From contig JBAXXQ010000001.1 of the NCBI GenBank assembly GCA_037127795.1, positions 252,274-316,273 of the forward strand: DNA of 64,000 nt, written 5' to 3'. The position numbers and the translations under genes were made by a program. Origin of the DNA: a bacterium (lineage in GTDB: Bacteria; Patescibacteriota; Minisyncoccia; Phycocordibacterales; UBA9973). Every line of letters starts with the position of its first letter. Position 1 is the first letter of the stretch. Below the pieces are notes generated by a model. The model worked only from the letters and a program-made list of their open reading frames with translations. It was not told the origin of the DNA and made no database searches. This document shows, one piece after another, positions 37,406 to 47,203 of the stretch.

Positions 37406-38560
37406 ATGTTTTTCAAGTATTTTTCAAAAAAACGTCGTATATACCTCGATTTTGCTTCTCGGGCTGTTTTTGGCAGTTCTGTGGGTAATCCGAACGCTTT
37501 ACACCAAGAAGGGCTTCATGAAGCTGCACGGCTTGCTACTGCGCGAGAAAATATAGCAAAAATAATAAAAGTACAGCCTAGCGAAGTGGTGTTTACGAGT
37601 GGGGCAACTGAGTCAAACAATATCGCATTACAGGGGGTAGTGTATGGACTACTTGCGCGAGGGTACAAAAAAGAAGAAATAGAAATTATTACGAGCGATA
37701 TAGAGCATGCGTCTATTTCTGAAGTTGCACAAGGACTCGCTGATCGTGCTGGTATTGTGTATACACAAATTACTCATACTGATGGCTATGTGAATCCCAA
37801 AGATATTGTTCCAAGTAAAAATATTCGTGCATGTATTGTGTCTATTATTTTTGTGCAAAATGAAATTGGTAGTATCCAGCCCATAAAAGAAATTGCAAAA
37901 CGTATTCGCCATGTGCGAAAAGAATTTCCGGAAACTGTTTTTGTATTACACACTGATGCGACACAAGCTCCTTTGTATATAGACCTTTCTGTACCAAGTC
38001 TCGGTATAGATATGATGACGGTGGGCTCTGCAAAATTGCCAGTACAAAATGGGGTAGGGTTTTTGTATATAAAAAAGAATACTCCTATGGCGCCAGTGTA
38101 TTTTGGTGGGGGACAAGAATTTGGATTTCGCTCAGGAACACAACCAGTAGCTCTTATAGAACATTTTGCACATGCAGTAGTAGCGGCGCAAAAGATGCGC
38201 GCATCTTTTGCGCCGCACATCCAAAATCTCCGCGATTATTTCGAAACACGTATTCAAGAAAGTTTTCCTTTTATACAAATCTCAAGTATTGCTGGCTATC
38301 GCGCTCCACATATAAGTCATCTTTTAATCCCACATATAGATAGCGAGCTTTTGGTTATAGAGCTCGACGCACGAGGGATAGCAGTATCTTCACAAAGTGC
38401 ATGTAGTAATGATACCGAGAAGCATCTTCCAGAAAACCTCCAACCCAAAAACGTCGCAACATTACGCGTATCATTTGGCAGTACTACCAAAAAACGTGAT
38501 ATAGATAGATTAGTTAAGGCTATATCACAAGTATTGACAAAATATAATAAAAGTTTATAG
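37406..38560 (+). CDS. iscS: cysteine desulfurase (IscS/NifS-like, divergent)
   Basis: FTSGATESNN, IEHAS, NEIG, HTDATQ, PLP Lys in GSAKL, catalytic SACS. Confidence 0.85.
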   Translation: MFFKYFSKKRRIYLDFASRAVFGSSVGNPNALHQEGLHEAARLATARENIAKIIKVQPSEVVFTSGATESNNIALQGVVYGLLARGYKKEEIEIITSDIEHASISEVAQGLADRAGIVYTQITHTDGYVNPKDIVPSKNIRACIVSIIFVQNEIGSIQPIKEIAKRIRHVRKEFPETVFVLHTDATQAPLYIDLSVPSLGIDMMTVGSAKLPVQNGVGFLYIKKNTPMAPVYFGGGQEFGFRSGTQPVALIEHFAHAVVAAQKMRASFAPHIQNLRDYFETRIQESFPFIQISSIAGYRAPHISHLLIPHIDSELLVIELDARGIAVSSQSACSNDTEKHLPENLQPKNVATLRVSFGSTTKKRDIDRLVKAISQVLTKYNKSL

Positions 38561-38579
38561 TATATAAAATTAATTGTAA

Positions 38580-39056
38580 ATGAAAAAAAATCTTATATCG
38601 TATAAAGATATTGCAACTATACCTGAAGGGTATGTATATAAATCACCAAAAATAAAATCAAGATATTTATGGACGTTATTTTTTGGTTTTTTAACAGGTG
38701 ATTTAAATCCTGTACATATCAATATATTTACTTATAAAAAATACAAATCAAAACTAGGAGGACTTTCTCGTCATGGTATAAGCACTATTGCTCAGGCTGA
38801 AAGTTTTATTTTTAAAATATTTACCTTTATTGAGCCTACTGAAATAATTGCACAAGGATATAATGTTATACGATATCTAGCCCCGATACATATTGGAGAC
38901 ACGATAGAGTATTCCTATACACTTGTAAGTAAAAAAATTTCAGAAGAAAAAGAGTCTGCTAAATGTACTTGGTTGATAGTAGGAACCAATCAAATAGGTA
39001 AACAAGTATTTACCTGTGAATGGGTAGTTTTGTATTATAAAATAGAAAGGGTATAA
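38580..39056 (+). CDS. MaoC/hot-dog fold dehydratase
   Basis: FGFLTGDLNPVH...HG; IRYLAPIHIGDTI; own TTGACA promoter (38534) and terminator (39061-39096). Confidence 0.85.
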   Translation: MKKNLISYKDIATIPEGYVYKSPKIKSRYLWTLFFGFLTGDLNPVHINIFTYKKYKSKLGGLSRHGISTIAQAESFIFKIFTFIEPTEIIAQGYNVIRYLAPIHIGDTIEYSYTLVSKKISEEKESAKCTWLIVGTNQIGKQVFTCEWVVLYYKIERV

Positions 39057-39094
39057 AAATAAAATGCCTCCTGTATGTATACTGGAGGCATTTT

Positions 39095-39304
39095 TTACAC
39101 GTTAAAATAAAAATTTTCAAAAGGTTGGCGTTCTTCAAGAAGTCGCTTTTCTCTCATTCTTCGAAGCTTTTCGCATTCTGCTGTAATTTTAGGAGAATTG
39201 TAATCAACTTTTTTGAATTGGAAATTTTCTCCGTTTTTAAAAATTTCAGAAAGCGATGCTTTTTGTTTCGGAGTACACTCTATTCTGATTGGTTTGTTTT
39301 CCAT
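39095..39304 (-). CDS. small hypothetical protein
   Basis: 69-aa ORF ending at the shared terminator. Confidence 0.5.
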   Translation of the reverse strand: MENKPIRIECTPKQKASLSEIFKNGENFQFKKVDYNSPKITAECEKLRRMREKRLLEERQPFENFYFNV

Positions 39305-39394
39305 ATTTTTTTCTTTTACTATACCAAAAATAGGCAATAAGTCTATGGTTTTATATAAGTATAAAATTGTTTTAGTTTATGCTATATTATTTTT

Positions 39395-42091
39395 ATGCCC
39401 CCATTAAGTCAATTTACTACCAAAGCAAAAGAAGCGATAAAACGAGCCCATGAGCTCGCTATTGAGCGTGGACAAAACAATGTCGGCGCATTGCATTTGC
39501 TCGCAGGGCTTTTGATACAAGAAGAATCAAACATTATTCCATTACTTGAAACTATGGATGTCGATACTATCCACCTTTCAGACACTGTTCTTGAGTCTAT
39601 GGAAGAAGTGCAAGGCTCTACTACTGTCGCACCGTCATATCAGATGTTCCTCACAAGTGATCTCGCACATACTATCGAGCAATCTCTCAAAGTTGCTGCA
39701 GAATTAAAAGATCCATTTGTTTCTACTGAACATTTGTTTATCGCATTGTGTGATACAAAAAATCAGACTACTGATATTCTCGCAAAATTTAATATTACAA
39801 AAAAAGGATGCGTCGAAGCATTGCTCCAATACCGCAGTGAACCACAAGCAAAAACTTCTGGTACAAAAATGCGCATGATAGGAAAATTTACTCGCAACCT
39901 TACCGATATGGCGCGCGAAGACAAACTCGATCCTGTGATAGGACGCGATATGGAAATAATGCGTATTATGCAGATTCTTTCTCGCCGTACCAAGAACAAT
40001 CCTATTTTGATAGGTGAAGCGGGAACTGGAAAAACTGCTGTTGTAGAAGGTCTTGCAAATCGTATTGCACGTGGAGATGTAAGTGAATCTTTGAAAGATA
40101 AACAAATTGTATCACTCGATATTGGATCACTCCTCGCAGGGACAAAGTATCGTGGAGAATTCGAAGAGCGGTTGAAACAAATTTTGAAAGAAATAGAAGC
40201 TGCACAAGGAAAGATTATTCTTTTTATTGATGAGATACATAGTATTGTAGGAGCAGGAAGTGCTGAAGGTACTGTCGATATGGCAAATATGCTCAAGCCT
40301 GCACTTGCTCGAGGTGAGCTTCGTGCAATAGGTGCGACAACACTCAAAGAATATCAAAAACATATAGAAAAAGATCCTGCGCTCGCACGACGATTCCAGC
40401 CGGTATTTGTCGAAGAACCAAGCGTAGAAGACACCGTCGCTATACTTCGTGGGTTGAAAGAAAAGTATGAGCTCTATCATAGTGTACGCATTACTGATGA
40501 TGCGATAGTCTCTGCAGTGGAGCTCTCTAGTCGCTATATAACCAACAGATTCCTCCCAGACAAGGCAGTAGACTTGCTTGATGAGGCGTGTTCTGCGCTT
40601 CGTATGGTTCTCGAAAATAAGCCGATATTACTCGATGAAGCGTATCGCAAAATAATGCGTCTCGAAATAGAGAAAGAAGCATTGAAAAAAGATCTTGATC
40701 AGGGTGGTGATATTGCACAGCATGCAAAAGCTCGCATGAAAGATATTGAGCTTGAAATTGCAAATATCACAGAAAAAAATCGTGAGCTCGAAATGAAATG
40801 GAAAGGTGAAAAAACATTGCTCGATGATATGAGTAAGTTGAAAAAAGATTTGGATCTTCTCCGTCTCGAAGCAGAAAATGCAGAGCAACGTGCAGATCTT
40901 GGTCGTGCTGCAGAGATTCGCTATGGACACATTCCACTTTTGCAAAAAGAATTTGATGCAAAATCTGTAAAGCTTAAAAAATTACAAAAAAATCGACGTG
41001 TATTGAAAGAAGAAATTACGAGTGAAGATATTGCAAGTGTGGTCGCTCGATGGACAGGAGTACCAGTAATAAAAATGCTCGAAGAAGAGCGAGAAAAATT
41101 GTTACATCTTGAAGCAGAGCTCAAAAAGCGTGTCGTAGGGCAAGATATTGCAATAGAAAAAATCTCTCATGTGGTACGTCGCAATCGCGCAGGTATTGGT
41201 GATCCAAATCGTCCTATTGGCTCATTCCTTTTCCTTGGTCCGACAGGAGTAGGGAAGACAGAGCTCACCAAAGCACTTGCAGAATATATGTTTAATGACG
41301 AAAAAGCGCTTATTCGTGTCGATATGAGTGAATACATGGAGCGCCATGCAGTATCGAAGCTTATTGGCTCACCACCAGGATATGTCGGCTATGATGAAAG
41401 TGGGCAACTCACCGAAGCGGTCCGTCATCGCCCATACTCTGTAATACTTTTTGATGAAGTAGAAAAAGCTCACCCGGAAGTATTCAATGTATTACTCCAA
41501 GTGCTCGATGATGGACATCTCACCGATAGTAAGGGACGAAAAGTGAACTTTAAAAATACGATTATTATTATGACTTCAAATATTGGGTCACAATATATTC
41601 AAAAAATGGAAACTATTGGATTCCATACCAATAGCAATGAGAGAGAATACATGCAGACCAAAGAAAAAGTCGAAGAGTCTCTCAAAGAATATTTCCGCCC
41701 AGAATTTCTCAATCGTATCGATGAGGTAGTAGTCTTTGATATGCTCGGGGTAGAGGAGATTGCATCAATAGTACGTATTCGTTTTGATCAGGTCCTTGCT
41801 CGGCTCAAAGAAAAACAAATCGCTGTCACTATCGATGAAAAAGCACTTTCATTATTGGCAAGTCTCGGGTATAATCCTATGTACGGGGCACGCCCCCTCA
41901 ATCGGCTCATTCAGACTAAAGTCTTGAATCCGATTGCAAAACAAATCATTTCTGCAGAAATTTCTGCAGGTGATACAGTCCTCGTAACTGTAAAAGATAA
42001 TGACATCATTGTCTCAAAAGTTTCAAAAAAGCGAGCGACGACTAGTTCTTTCCAAAAACAATCTCCCAAAAAGGCCAAAATTGCTAATTAA
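39395..42091 (+). CDS. clpB: ATP-dependent chaperone ClpB
   Basis: Clp N domain; two AAA modules (GEAGTGKT, GPTGVGKT); long middle coiled coil with AAEIRYG. Confidence 0.95.
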   Translation: MPPLSQFTTKAKEAIKRAHELAIERGQNNVGALHLLAGLLIQEESNIIPLLETMDVDTIHLSDTVLESMEEVQGSTTVAPSYQMFLTSDLAHTIEQSLKVAAELKDPFVSTEHLFIALCDTKNQTTDILAKFNITKKGCVEALLQYRSEPQAKTSGTKMRMIGKFTRNLTDMAREDKLDPVIGRDMEIMRIMQILSRRTKNNPILIGEAGTGKTAVVEGLANRIARGDVSESLKDKQIVSLDIGSLLAGTKYRGEFEERLKQILKEIEAAQGKIILFIDEIHSIVGAGSAEGTVDMANMLKPALARGELRAIGATTLKEYQKHIEKDPALARRFQPVFVEEPSVEDTVAILRGLKEKYELYHSVRITDDAIVSAVELSSRYITNRFLPDKAVDLLDEACSALRMVLENKPILLDEAYRKIMRLEIEKEALKKDLDQGGDIAQHAKARMKDIELEIANITEKNRELEMKWKGEKTLLDDMSKLKKDLDLLRLEAENAEQRADLGRAAEIRYGHIPLLQKEFDAKSVKLKKLQKNRRVLKEEITSEDIASVVARWTGVPVIKMLEEEREKLLHLEAELKKRVVGQDIAIEKISHVVRRNRAGIGDPNRPIGSFLFLGPTGVGKTELTKALAEYMFNDEKALIRVDMSEYMERHAVSKLIGSPPGYVGYDESGQLTEAVRHRPYSVILFDEVEKAHPEVFNVLLQVLDDGHLTDSKGRKVNFKNTIIIMTSNIGSQYIQKMETIGFHTNSNEREYMQTKEKVEESLKEYFRPEFLNRIDEVVVFDMLGVEEIASIVRIRFDQVLARLKEKQIAVTIDEKALSLLASLGYNPMYGARPLNRLIQTKVLNPIAKQIISAEISAGDTVLVTVKDNDIIVSKVSKKRATTSSFQKQSPKKAKIAN

Positions 42092-42148
42092 GTATTTTTT
42101 GTGCTGGGTATTGTTTTAATATCCCCGTTATGTATAATAACGGGACCA

Positions 42149-42231
42149 GCGTCGGTGGTAGAGTGGTCAATTACAACAGACTGTAAATCTGTCGCCTTCG
42201 GGCTACGAAGGTTCAAATCCTTCCCGGCGCA
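42149..42231 (+). tRNA. tRNA-Tyr(GTA)
   Basis: GCGTCGGTGGTAGAGTGGTC; loop CTGTAAA; long variable arm; GGTTCAAATCC. Confidence 0.95.
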
Positions 42232-42278
42232 CAAAATACAAAAACACCAGAATACTCTGGTGTTTTTGTATTTTGTGC
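42229..42278. terminator. 22-bp perfect inverted repeat overlapping the tRNA-Tyr 3' end
   Basis: GCACAAAATACAAAAACACCAG-AATACT-CTGGTGTTTTTGTATTTTGTGC. Confidence 0.75.
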
Positions 42279-42346
42279 CTATTATATAAAATTAGAATTT
42301 ATATAATACTATTGACATGTTTTAAAAAAGAAATTATTATATATTT

Positions 42347-43435
42347 ATGAATATAAAAAATTTACCTGATGGATTGCAAGAAAAATTTCCATTAAGCTCA
42401 AAAAAATTTTGGAAAAAATACTTAAGTGCAAATATTTCACTTTTGGTAATTACTATAATATTAACACCTTTTATTATTTTGGTTATTTCTTCGTTAAGTA
42501 CTTATGATCAAGGTGCTTTTTATGTAGGTTTGGTCATAATAAGTCTTTTTGTATTACTATGTATAATATCTCTGTTGCGTGCATGGTATATAAAAGCATA
42601 TATACGTAGTTATTATTACAATAATGAGAAAAATTATATTACTATACGTAAAGGAGTTTTTACTTCTGCGGAAATTCACGTACCATATCACAAAATTCAA
42701 GATGTTTATGTCGATCAAGATTTTCTTGATCGAATTATGGGGCTATATGATGTACATATTGCAAGTGCAACTATTGGGTCATCTATAGAGGCTCATATTG
42801 ATGGTGTTGAAAAAAAATCAGCTGATGGTTTAAAAGATTTTTTACTATCGAAAATACAAAATAGTGGAGAAAATTCTTCAGAAAATGGTGTGGATATAAA
42901 AATACAACCTAATATTACAAATTCAAATAAAATAATATTAAATTTTGATAATAAAATATCAAGTGATGAATATCCTATTATTTCAGCATGGTGGATAGGG
43001 AGCATTCTATCTCGTATTGGAACTTTAATTATAATTGCCTTTCTTGTTATGATACGTACTTCGCAAAATGGTATAAATAGTTCAACTATTATTTTGCTAG
43101 CCAGCTTTTTTGTTATTGGATTTTTTTGGGGAATAATAAGACTATCTTTATTTGTTAGAAATTATAGCTTTGATTTTACTCCTGAATATTTATATGCTCG
43201 TTATGGAATTTTTTCAATAACAGAAATTCATATGCCGTATAATACTATTCAAGATGTAAGAATTGAGCAATCTTTCTTTGATAAAATATTTGGTGTTTAT
43301 ACTATTATGATTGAAAATGCTGTGGGTGGGGGTAGAACATTGGCCCTTATTGGACTCTCAAAAACAAGTGCGGATACAATTTTTATTACTATTAAAGATC
43401 AAGTCATGGGAAAGCATGATGTAAATAAAATTTAA
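42347..43435 (+). CDS. membrane protein with two bacterial PH (bPH_2/YdbS-like) domains
   Basis: Twice 2 TM plus GVF..EIHVPY.KIQDV.V.Q.FLDRI.G motif. Confidence 0.85.
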   Translation: MNIKNLPDGLQEKFPLSSKKFWKKYLSANISLLVITIILTPFIILVISSLSTYDQGAFYVGLVIISLFVLLCIISLLRAWYIKAYIRSYYYNNEKNYITIRKGVFTSAEIHVPYHKIQDVYVDQDFLDRIMGLYDVHIASATIGSSIEAHIDGVEKKSADGLKDFLLSKIQNSGENSSENGVDIKIQPNITNSNKIILNFDNKISSDEYPIISAWWIGSILSRIGTLIIIAFLVMIRTSQNGINSSTIILLASFFVIGFFWGIIRLSLFVRNYSFDFTPEYLYARYGIFSITEIHMPYNTIQDVRIEQSFFDKIFGVYTIMIENAVGGGRTLALIGLSKTSADTIFITIKDQVMGKHDVNKI

Positions 43436-43441
43436 TTTTTT

Positions 43442-44266
43442 ATGGAACAATATAATTCTTATAAAAAAGTAAAAAATAATAAATTTACTAATCTTATTAT
43501 ATTAAGTATTTTTATTATAATATCGGTTGTTATTTTTATTATCTATTTTTTAATAAATAATAAAGAATTTGGATTCTCATCAAATATTTCTTCGTATGCT
43601 AATTCTGCTCAAGAAAATTTAAATAAAGGAAAATATTCTGAAGCAGCAGCTGATTTTGATAAAATAATAGCTATTGCACCTAAAGATTCTAAGATACTTG
43701 CATATGCGTATAGTGCAAAAGCAGATGCCGAATTTTTAGATAATAATATGAGCTCTGCTGAGTCTGACTATAATCAGGCATTACTGATTAATCCTGAATT
43801 AAAGGATGCTTATTATTCTCTTGCTAAGATATATAGAGCAAAAAATCAAAAGAAAGCTATTTCATTTTTAGAAAAAGCTATCTCTTTAGATCCAAAAAAT
43901 ATACAAAAACCATCAAATGAATATATATTAGATACAGAAAATTTAATATATGGCGGTATGGGGGATAATCAAAAAGTCATTGAAATCAGTACTAAAATGC
44001 TTTCTTTTAATCCAAATAATGGAGATGCTTATTTTGAAAGAGGTACCGCATATAGTAATCTTCATCAATTTAAGTTGGCATTAGATGATCTTAATAAAGC
44101 AATGTCTATTAGTTCGGCATGGAATACATATCTTGTTAGAGGTAGTGTTGAAAAAAGTTTAAGCATGAAAACTCAGGCGTGTGATGATTTTAAACAAATT
44201 AAAACACCACCAATTGATCCTGGGTATGTGCTTGGATATAAAGATTTGTCTGATTATTGTAAATAG
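43442..44266 (+). CDS. membrane-anchored TPR protein
   Basis: TM followed by AY..RG.AY..L...A..D..KA repeats. Confidence 0.9.
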   Translation: MEQYNSYKKVKNNKFTNLIILSIFIIISVVIFIIYFLINNKEFGFSSNISSYANSAQENLNKGKYSEAAADFDKIIAIAPKDSKILAYAYSAKADAEFLDNNMSSAESDYNQALLINPELKDAYYSLAKIYRAKNQKKAISFLEKAISLDPKNIQKPSNEYILDTENLIYGGMGDNQKVIEISTKMLSFNPNNGDAYFERGTAYSNLHQFKLALDDLNKAMSISSAWNTYLVRGSVEKSLSMKTQACDDFKQIKTPPIDPGYVLGYKDLSDYCK

Positions 44267-44303
44267 GGTATAAAATTTTTATTTATTGTATACTATATAC
44301 ACA

Positions 44304-45353
44304 ATGACTCATCATATAAATCGGTACTTTTTGAAAGTTGCAGGTATTGGAGTACTTATACTTGTCTGTGCGTTTTTTGGGTCTCAATTATTTGATGCGC
44401 GGATAGAGTCAAAGCAAAAAGCTGATCTTATAGAAGAAACAAAAGAGCTTGCATCATTTGTTGATTGGCAAAATATTGCAAATCTTCATGCAGACGAAAC
44501 CGATCTCACAAACCCAGAATATATTCATCTCAAAAAAGTATTTGTAAATTTTCATGAAGCAGATAAAGATAGTCGCTTTGCATACTTGCTTGGTTTTCAT
44601 GAAAATACAGGAAAGCAATTTTTTTATGTTGATTCAGAAGATCCGCATTCAAAAGATTATTCTGCACCAGGATCTGTATATGAAGAAACAACACAAAAAG
44701 ATGTTACTGGTTTCAAATCTGGTACTTGGTATGTCGAAGGTCCATATAGAGATAGTTGGGGCGAATGGGTATCTGGTAATGCACCAGTAAAAAATAATGC
44801 AGGTGTAGTGGTGGCTCAAGTCGGGATAGATATTTCTACTGCGCAATGGCATAGACAAATCCTTGTTTCAAATCTTATTATCGCAATCATTACATTTTTA
44901 TGTCTTTGTATTACACTCATTCTCGCAAAAGTATTTTATAAAAAAGAGCAAAAAGTTGCAGAGCTTACCAAAGAAAAAGAAGTCTTGCTTCATGATGTAT
45001 CTGCGCTCAAGTCAGTACAACTCCTCGCATATGTCGGGCGTATCACTATTCAATTCCCAGAAAAGATTATTTCCCTTGATGAACAATTTGCGCCATTGTA
45101 CAAAGAGCAAAAAACTGACACACTATCATTCAATGATGTTCGTGCATATATACACCCAGACGATATAGAGCATTTTGAAAAAATGTTGGGAGAAATAGAA
45201 GGTGGAAGTGTCTCATATACGTGGTGCGATATACGATTTGGTAATTTGGAGAATGGCTTTCGCGAGTATCATATCTATGGTAATGTAAAAAAAGAAGAAA
45301 ATAGCGTCGTATTTTCTGGTATTATGCAAGATATTTCAGATATAAAATCCTAA
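44304..45353 (+). CDS. Cache-like sensor plus PAS membrane protein with no output domain
   Basis: TM - (FYVDSE..SKDYSAPG..Y; GPYRDSWGEWVSG.APV; VGIDI) - TM - coiled coil - PAS (IHPDD...GIMQDISDIK) - stop. Confidence 0.75.
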   Translation: MTHHINRYFLKVAGIGVLILVCAFFGSQLFDARIESKQKADLIEETKELASFVDWQNIANLHADETDLTNPEYIHLKKVFVNFHEADKDSRFAYLLGFHENTGKQFFYVDSEDPHSKDYSAPGSVYEETTQKDVTGFKSGTWYVEGPYRDSWGEWVSGNAPVKNNAGVVVAQVGIDISTAQWHRQILVSNLIIAIITFLCLCITLILAKVFYKKEQKVAELTKEKEVLLHDVSALKSVQLLAYVGRITIQFPEKIISLDEQFAPLYKEQKTDTLSFNDVRAYIHPDDIEHFEKMLGEIEGGSVSYTWCDIRFGNLENGFREYHIYGNVKKEENSVVFSGIMQDISDIKS

Positions 45354-45354
45354 T

Positions 45355-46092
45355 ATGAAAGAAGAAAGTATTTATTTATATGGCAAACATGCGCTCCGTG
45401 AAGCGCTTATTGCTCGTCCCCAAGTTATCAAAAAAGTCTTTCTCGACGACAATGCCATGGCGGATCGTGATATCACTGATATCCTCGCAAAAAATAATAT
45501 CACCCCGGGCAAGCTCAAAGGGCAATCTGATATCGGCGTATCAAAAGACGCAGTACACCAAGGAGTAATTGCGCTTCTCAAAAATGAAAACCTCTATACA
45601 CCAATGTCTGTCGTAGATGATATTTTCAAAGAAAAGCAAAATCCACTTTTTGTACTTCTCGACGAGCTCCATGATCCACACAATGTAGGTGCTATTATTC
45701 GGTCTGCGGTAGCGTTTGGTGCAAGTGCAATATTTATACCAGAACACAATCAATCTCCAATCACTGGTACAGTAATCAAGACTTCTGTCGGTATGGCATT
45801 TCGTATTCCTATTATTCAAATTGGTAATGTGAACCAAACCATCCGTACACTCAAAGAAAAAGGTGTCTGGGTATATGGGCTCGTGATGGATGGCGACACT
45901 GTACTCAAAAATGCGCAGTTTGATACACCGACACTTGTCGTAGTAGGAAATGAAAGTGATGGCATCCGCCTCAAAACTTTGGAGCTCTGTGATATCAAGC
46001 TCTCTATACCAATGAATCCAGATTGTGAATCTCTCAATGCATCTATCGCAACATCTGTTGTTTTGTACGAATGGAGTAGGGGGAATTTGTAA
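45355..46092 (+). CDS. rlmB: 23S rRNA Gm2251 methyltransferase (TrmH/SpoU family)
   Basis: LYGKHA..EA, HQGV, DPHNVGAIIRSA, GNESDG, ESLNAS. Confidence 0.92.
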   Translation: MKEESIYLYGKHALREALIARPQVIKKVFLDDNAMADRDITDILAKNNITPGKLKGQSDIGVSKDAVHQGVIALLKNENLYTPMSVVDDIFKEKQNPLFVLLDELHDPHNVGAIIRSAVAFGASAIFIPEHNQSPITGTVIKTSVGMAFRIPIIQIGNVNQTIRTLKEKGVWVYGLVMDGDTVLKNAQFDTPTLVVVGNESDGIRLKTLELCDIKLSIPMNPDCESLNASIATSVVLYEWSRGNL

Positions 46093-46095
46093 AAT

Positions 46096-46560
46096 ATGAA
46101 AAAAGTTTTTGTAGTATTATCTATAATATCTTGGATAGTGCTCTCTTTTACAGTTTTTAGTTATTTAAATGTAAGAGATACTATTAAAGATAGTTATCGT
46201 TTGCAAGATTCTTTTGTCAAAAGAGTATCTGAAATAAATGATTACTATGATACTCATAAAGTTTACCCAAAAGATGAAGATATCTTTGTTCTTAGTGAAA
46301 AAGAATCTAATAAAGAAAAACTAAATAATTTTATACCAAAAAATACTGATAAATATGTTTTAATTTTTCAAAGAGGCCATTATGATGTATGGTATGAATA
46401 TTACGCATATCCATCAGGTATCACCTCCTTGTCTTTTAATATAAAAGATTATATTAGTTTTTATTATTGGACACTTCCGCTTTTAATATTCACATTATTG
46501 AGTTTTTTAGGTTGGTACATTTTTTCAAAAAAAGAAAAAGATAATTATCTTCAAAAATAA
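46096..46560 (+). CDS. AT-rich orphan membrane protein
   Basis: N- and C-terminal hydrophobic segments. Confidence 0.55.
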   Translation: MKKVFVVLSIISWIVLSFTVFSYLNVRDTIKDSYRLQDSFVKRVSEINDYYDTHKVYPKDEDIFVLSEKESNKEKLNNFIPKNTDKYVLIFQRGHYDVWYEYYAYPSGITSLSFNIKDYISFYYWTLPLLIFTLLSFLGWYIFSKKEKDNYLQK

Positions 46561-46696
46561 TCACATCTAAAACACGAAAATTTTCTGCTGAGAATTTTCT
46601 TTGTTCTGCGCCAGTCGCGCCATACAAAGTTTTATATATGAATATTTTTTCCGATATAAAATAAATAAAGCCGCTCATATAGAGCGGGCATATTAC

Positions 46697-47083
46697 TTAT
46701 CCAAGATTCATCCATAAGATTTCATCTTGATAAGTTATTATTTCATAATCTAGATTATCAAAACTTATAAAAAAGTTTCTTCCAGGTATTATGTTTTCAA
46801 TCCTAGGTATATCAGCATCAATTTCGCGAGCTGTTTCTATAACTGAGATTACATCATTATCCAATCTAAAATTGAATTTTTTTTCAAGCGTAAAGATAAG
46901 ATTTTCTTTGCTTTCTGGAGATAAGTTATCCCAATTTGCTAATAAATTTAAAACTCGATTACAAAAAGATTCGTGTTCGTTTTGTAAAATTTTTTTCTCT
47001 AATAGCATCTTAAGACAATCTGTTCTTTTCATAAAGAAATCTAAAATTGAATAATCTCTAAGAAAAAGTACTATCTTTCTCAT
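46697..47083 (-). CDS. AT-rich orphan protein
   Basis: 128-aa ORF with promoter at 47126-47156 and a hairpin at about 46670-46689. Confidence 0.55.
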   Translation of the reverse strand: MRKIVLFLRDYSILDFFMKRTDCLKMLLEKKILQNEHESFCNRVLNLLANWDNLSPESKENLIFTLEKKFNFRLDNDVISVIETAREIDADIPRIENIIPGRNFFISFDNLDYEIITYQDEILWMNLG

Positions 47084-47125
47084 TTGTTTTTTATTTTTTT
47101 TGTTAAGAAATATTTAATTATATAT

Positions 47126-47156
47126 TAGCATATTTATATATAAAAGTCAAGTATCT
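47126..47156 (-). promoter_or_regulatory. 31-bp promoter element, copy B
   Basis: TAGCATATTTATATATAAAAGTCAAGTATCT, identical to 33032-33062. Confidence 0.8.
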
Positions 47157-47203
47157 ATGATATACATCTTTATTTATGGGCTTTTTTCTGCTATTATCAT
47201 TGT

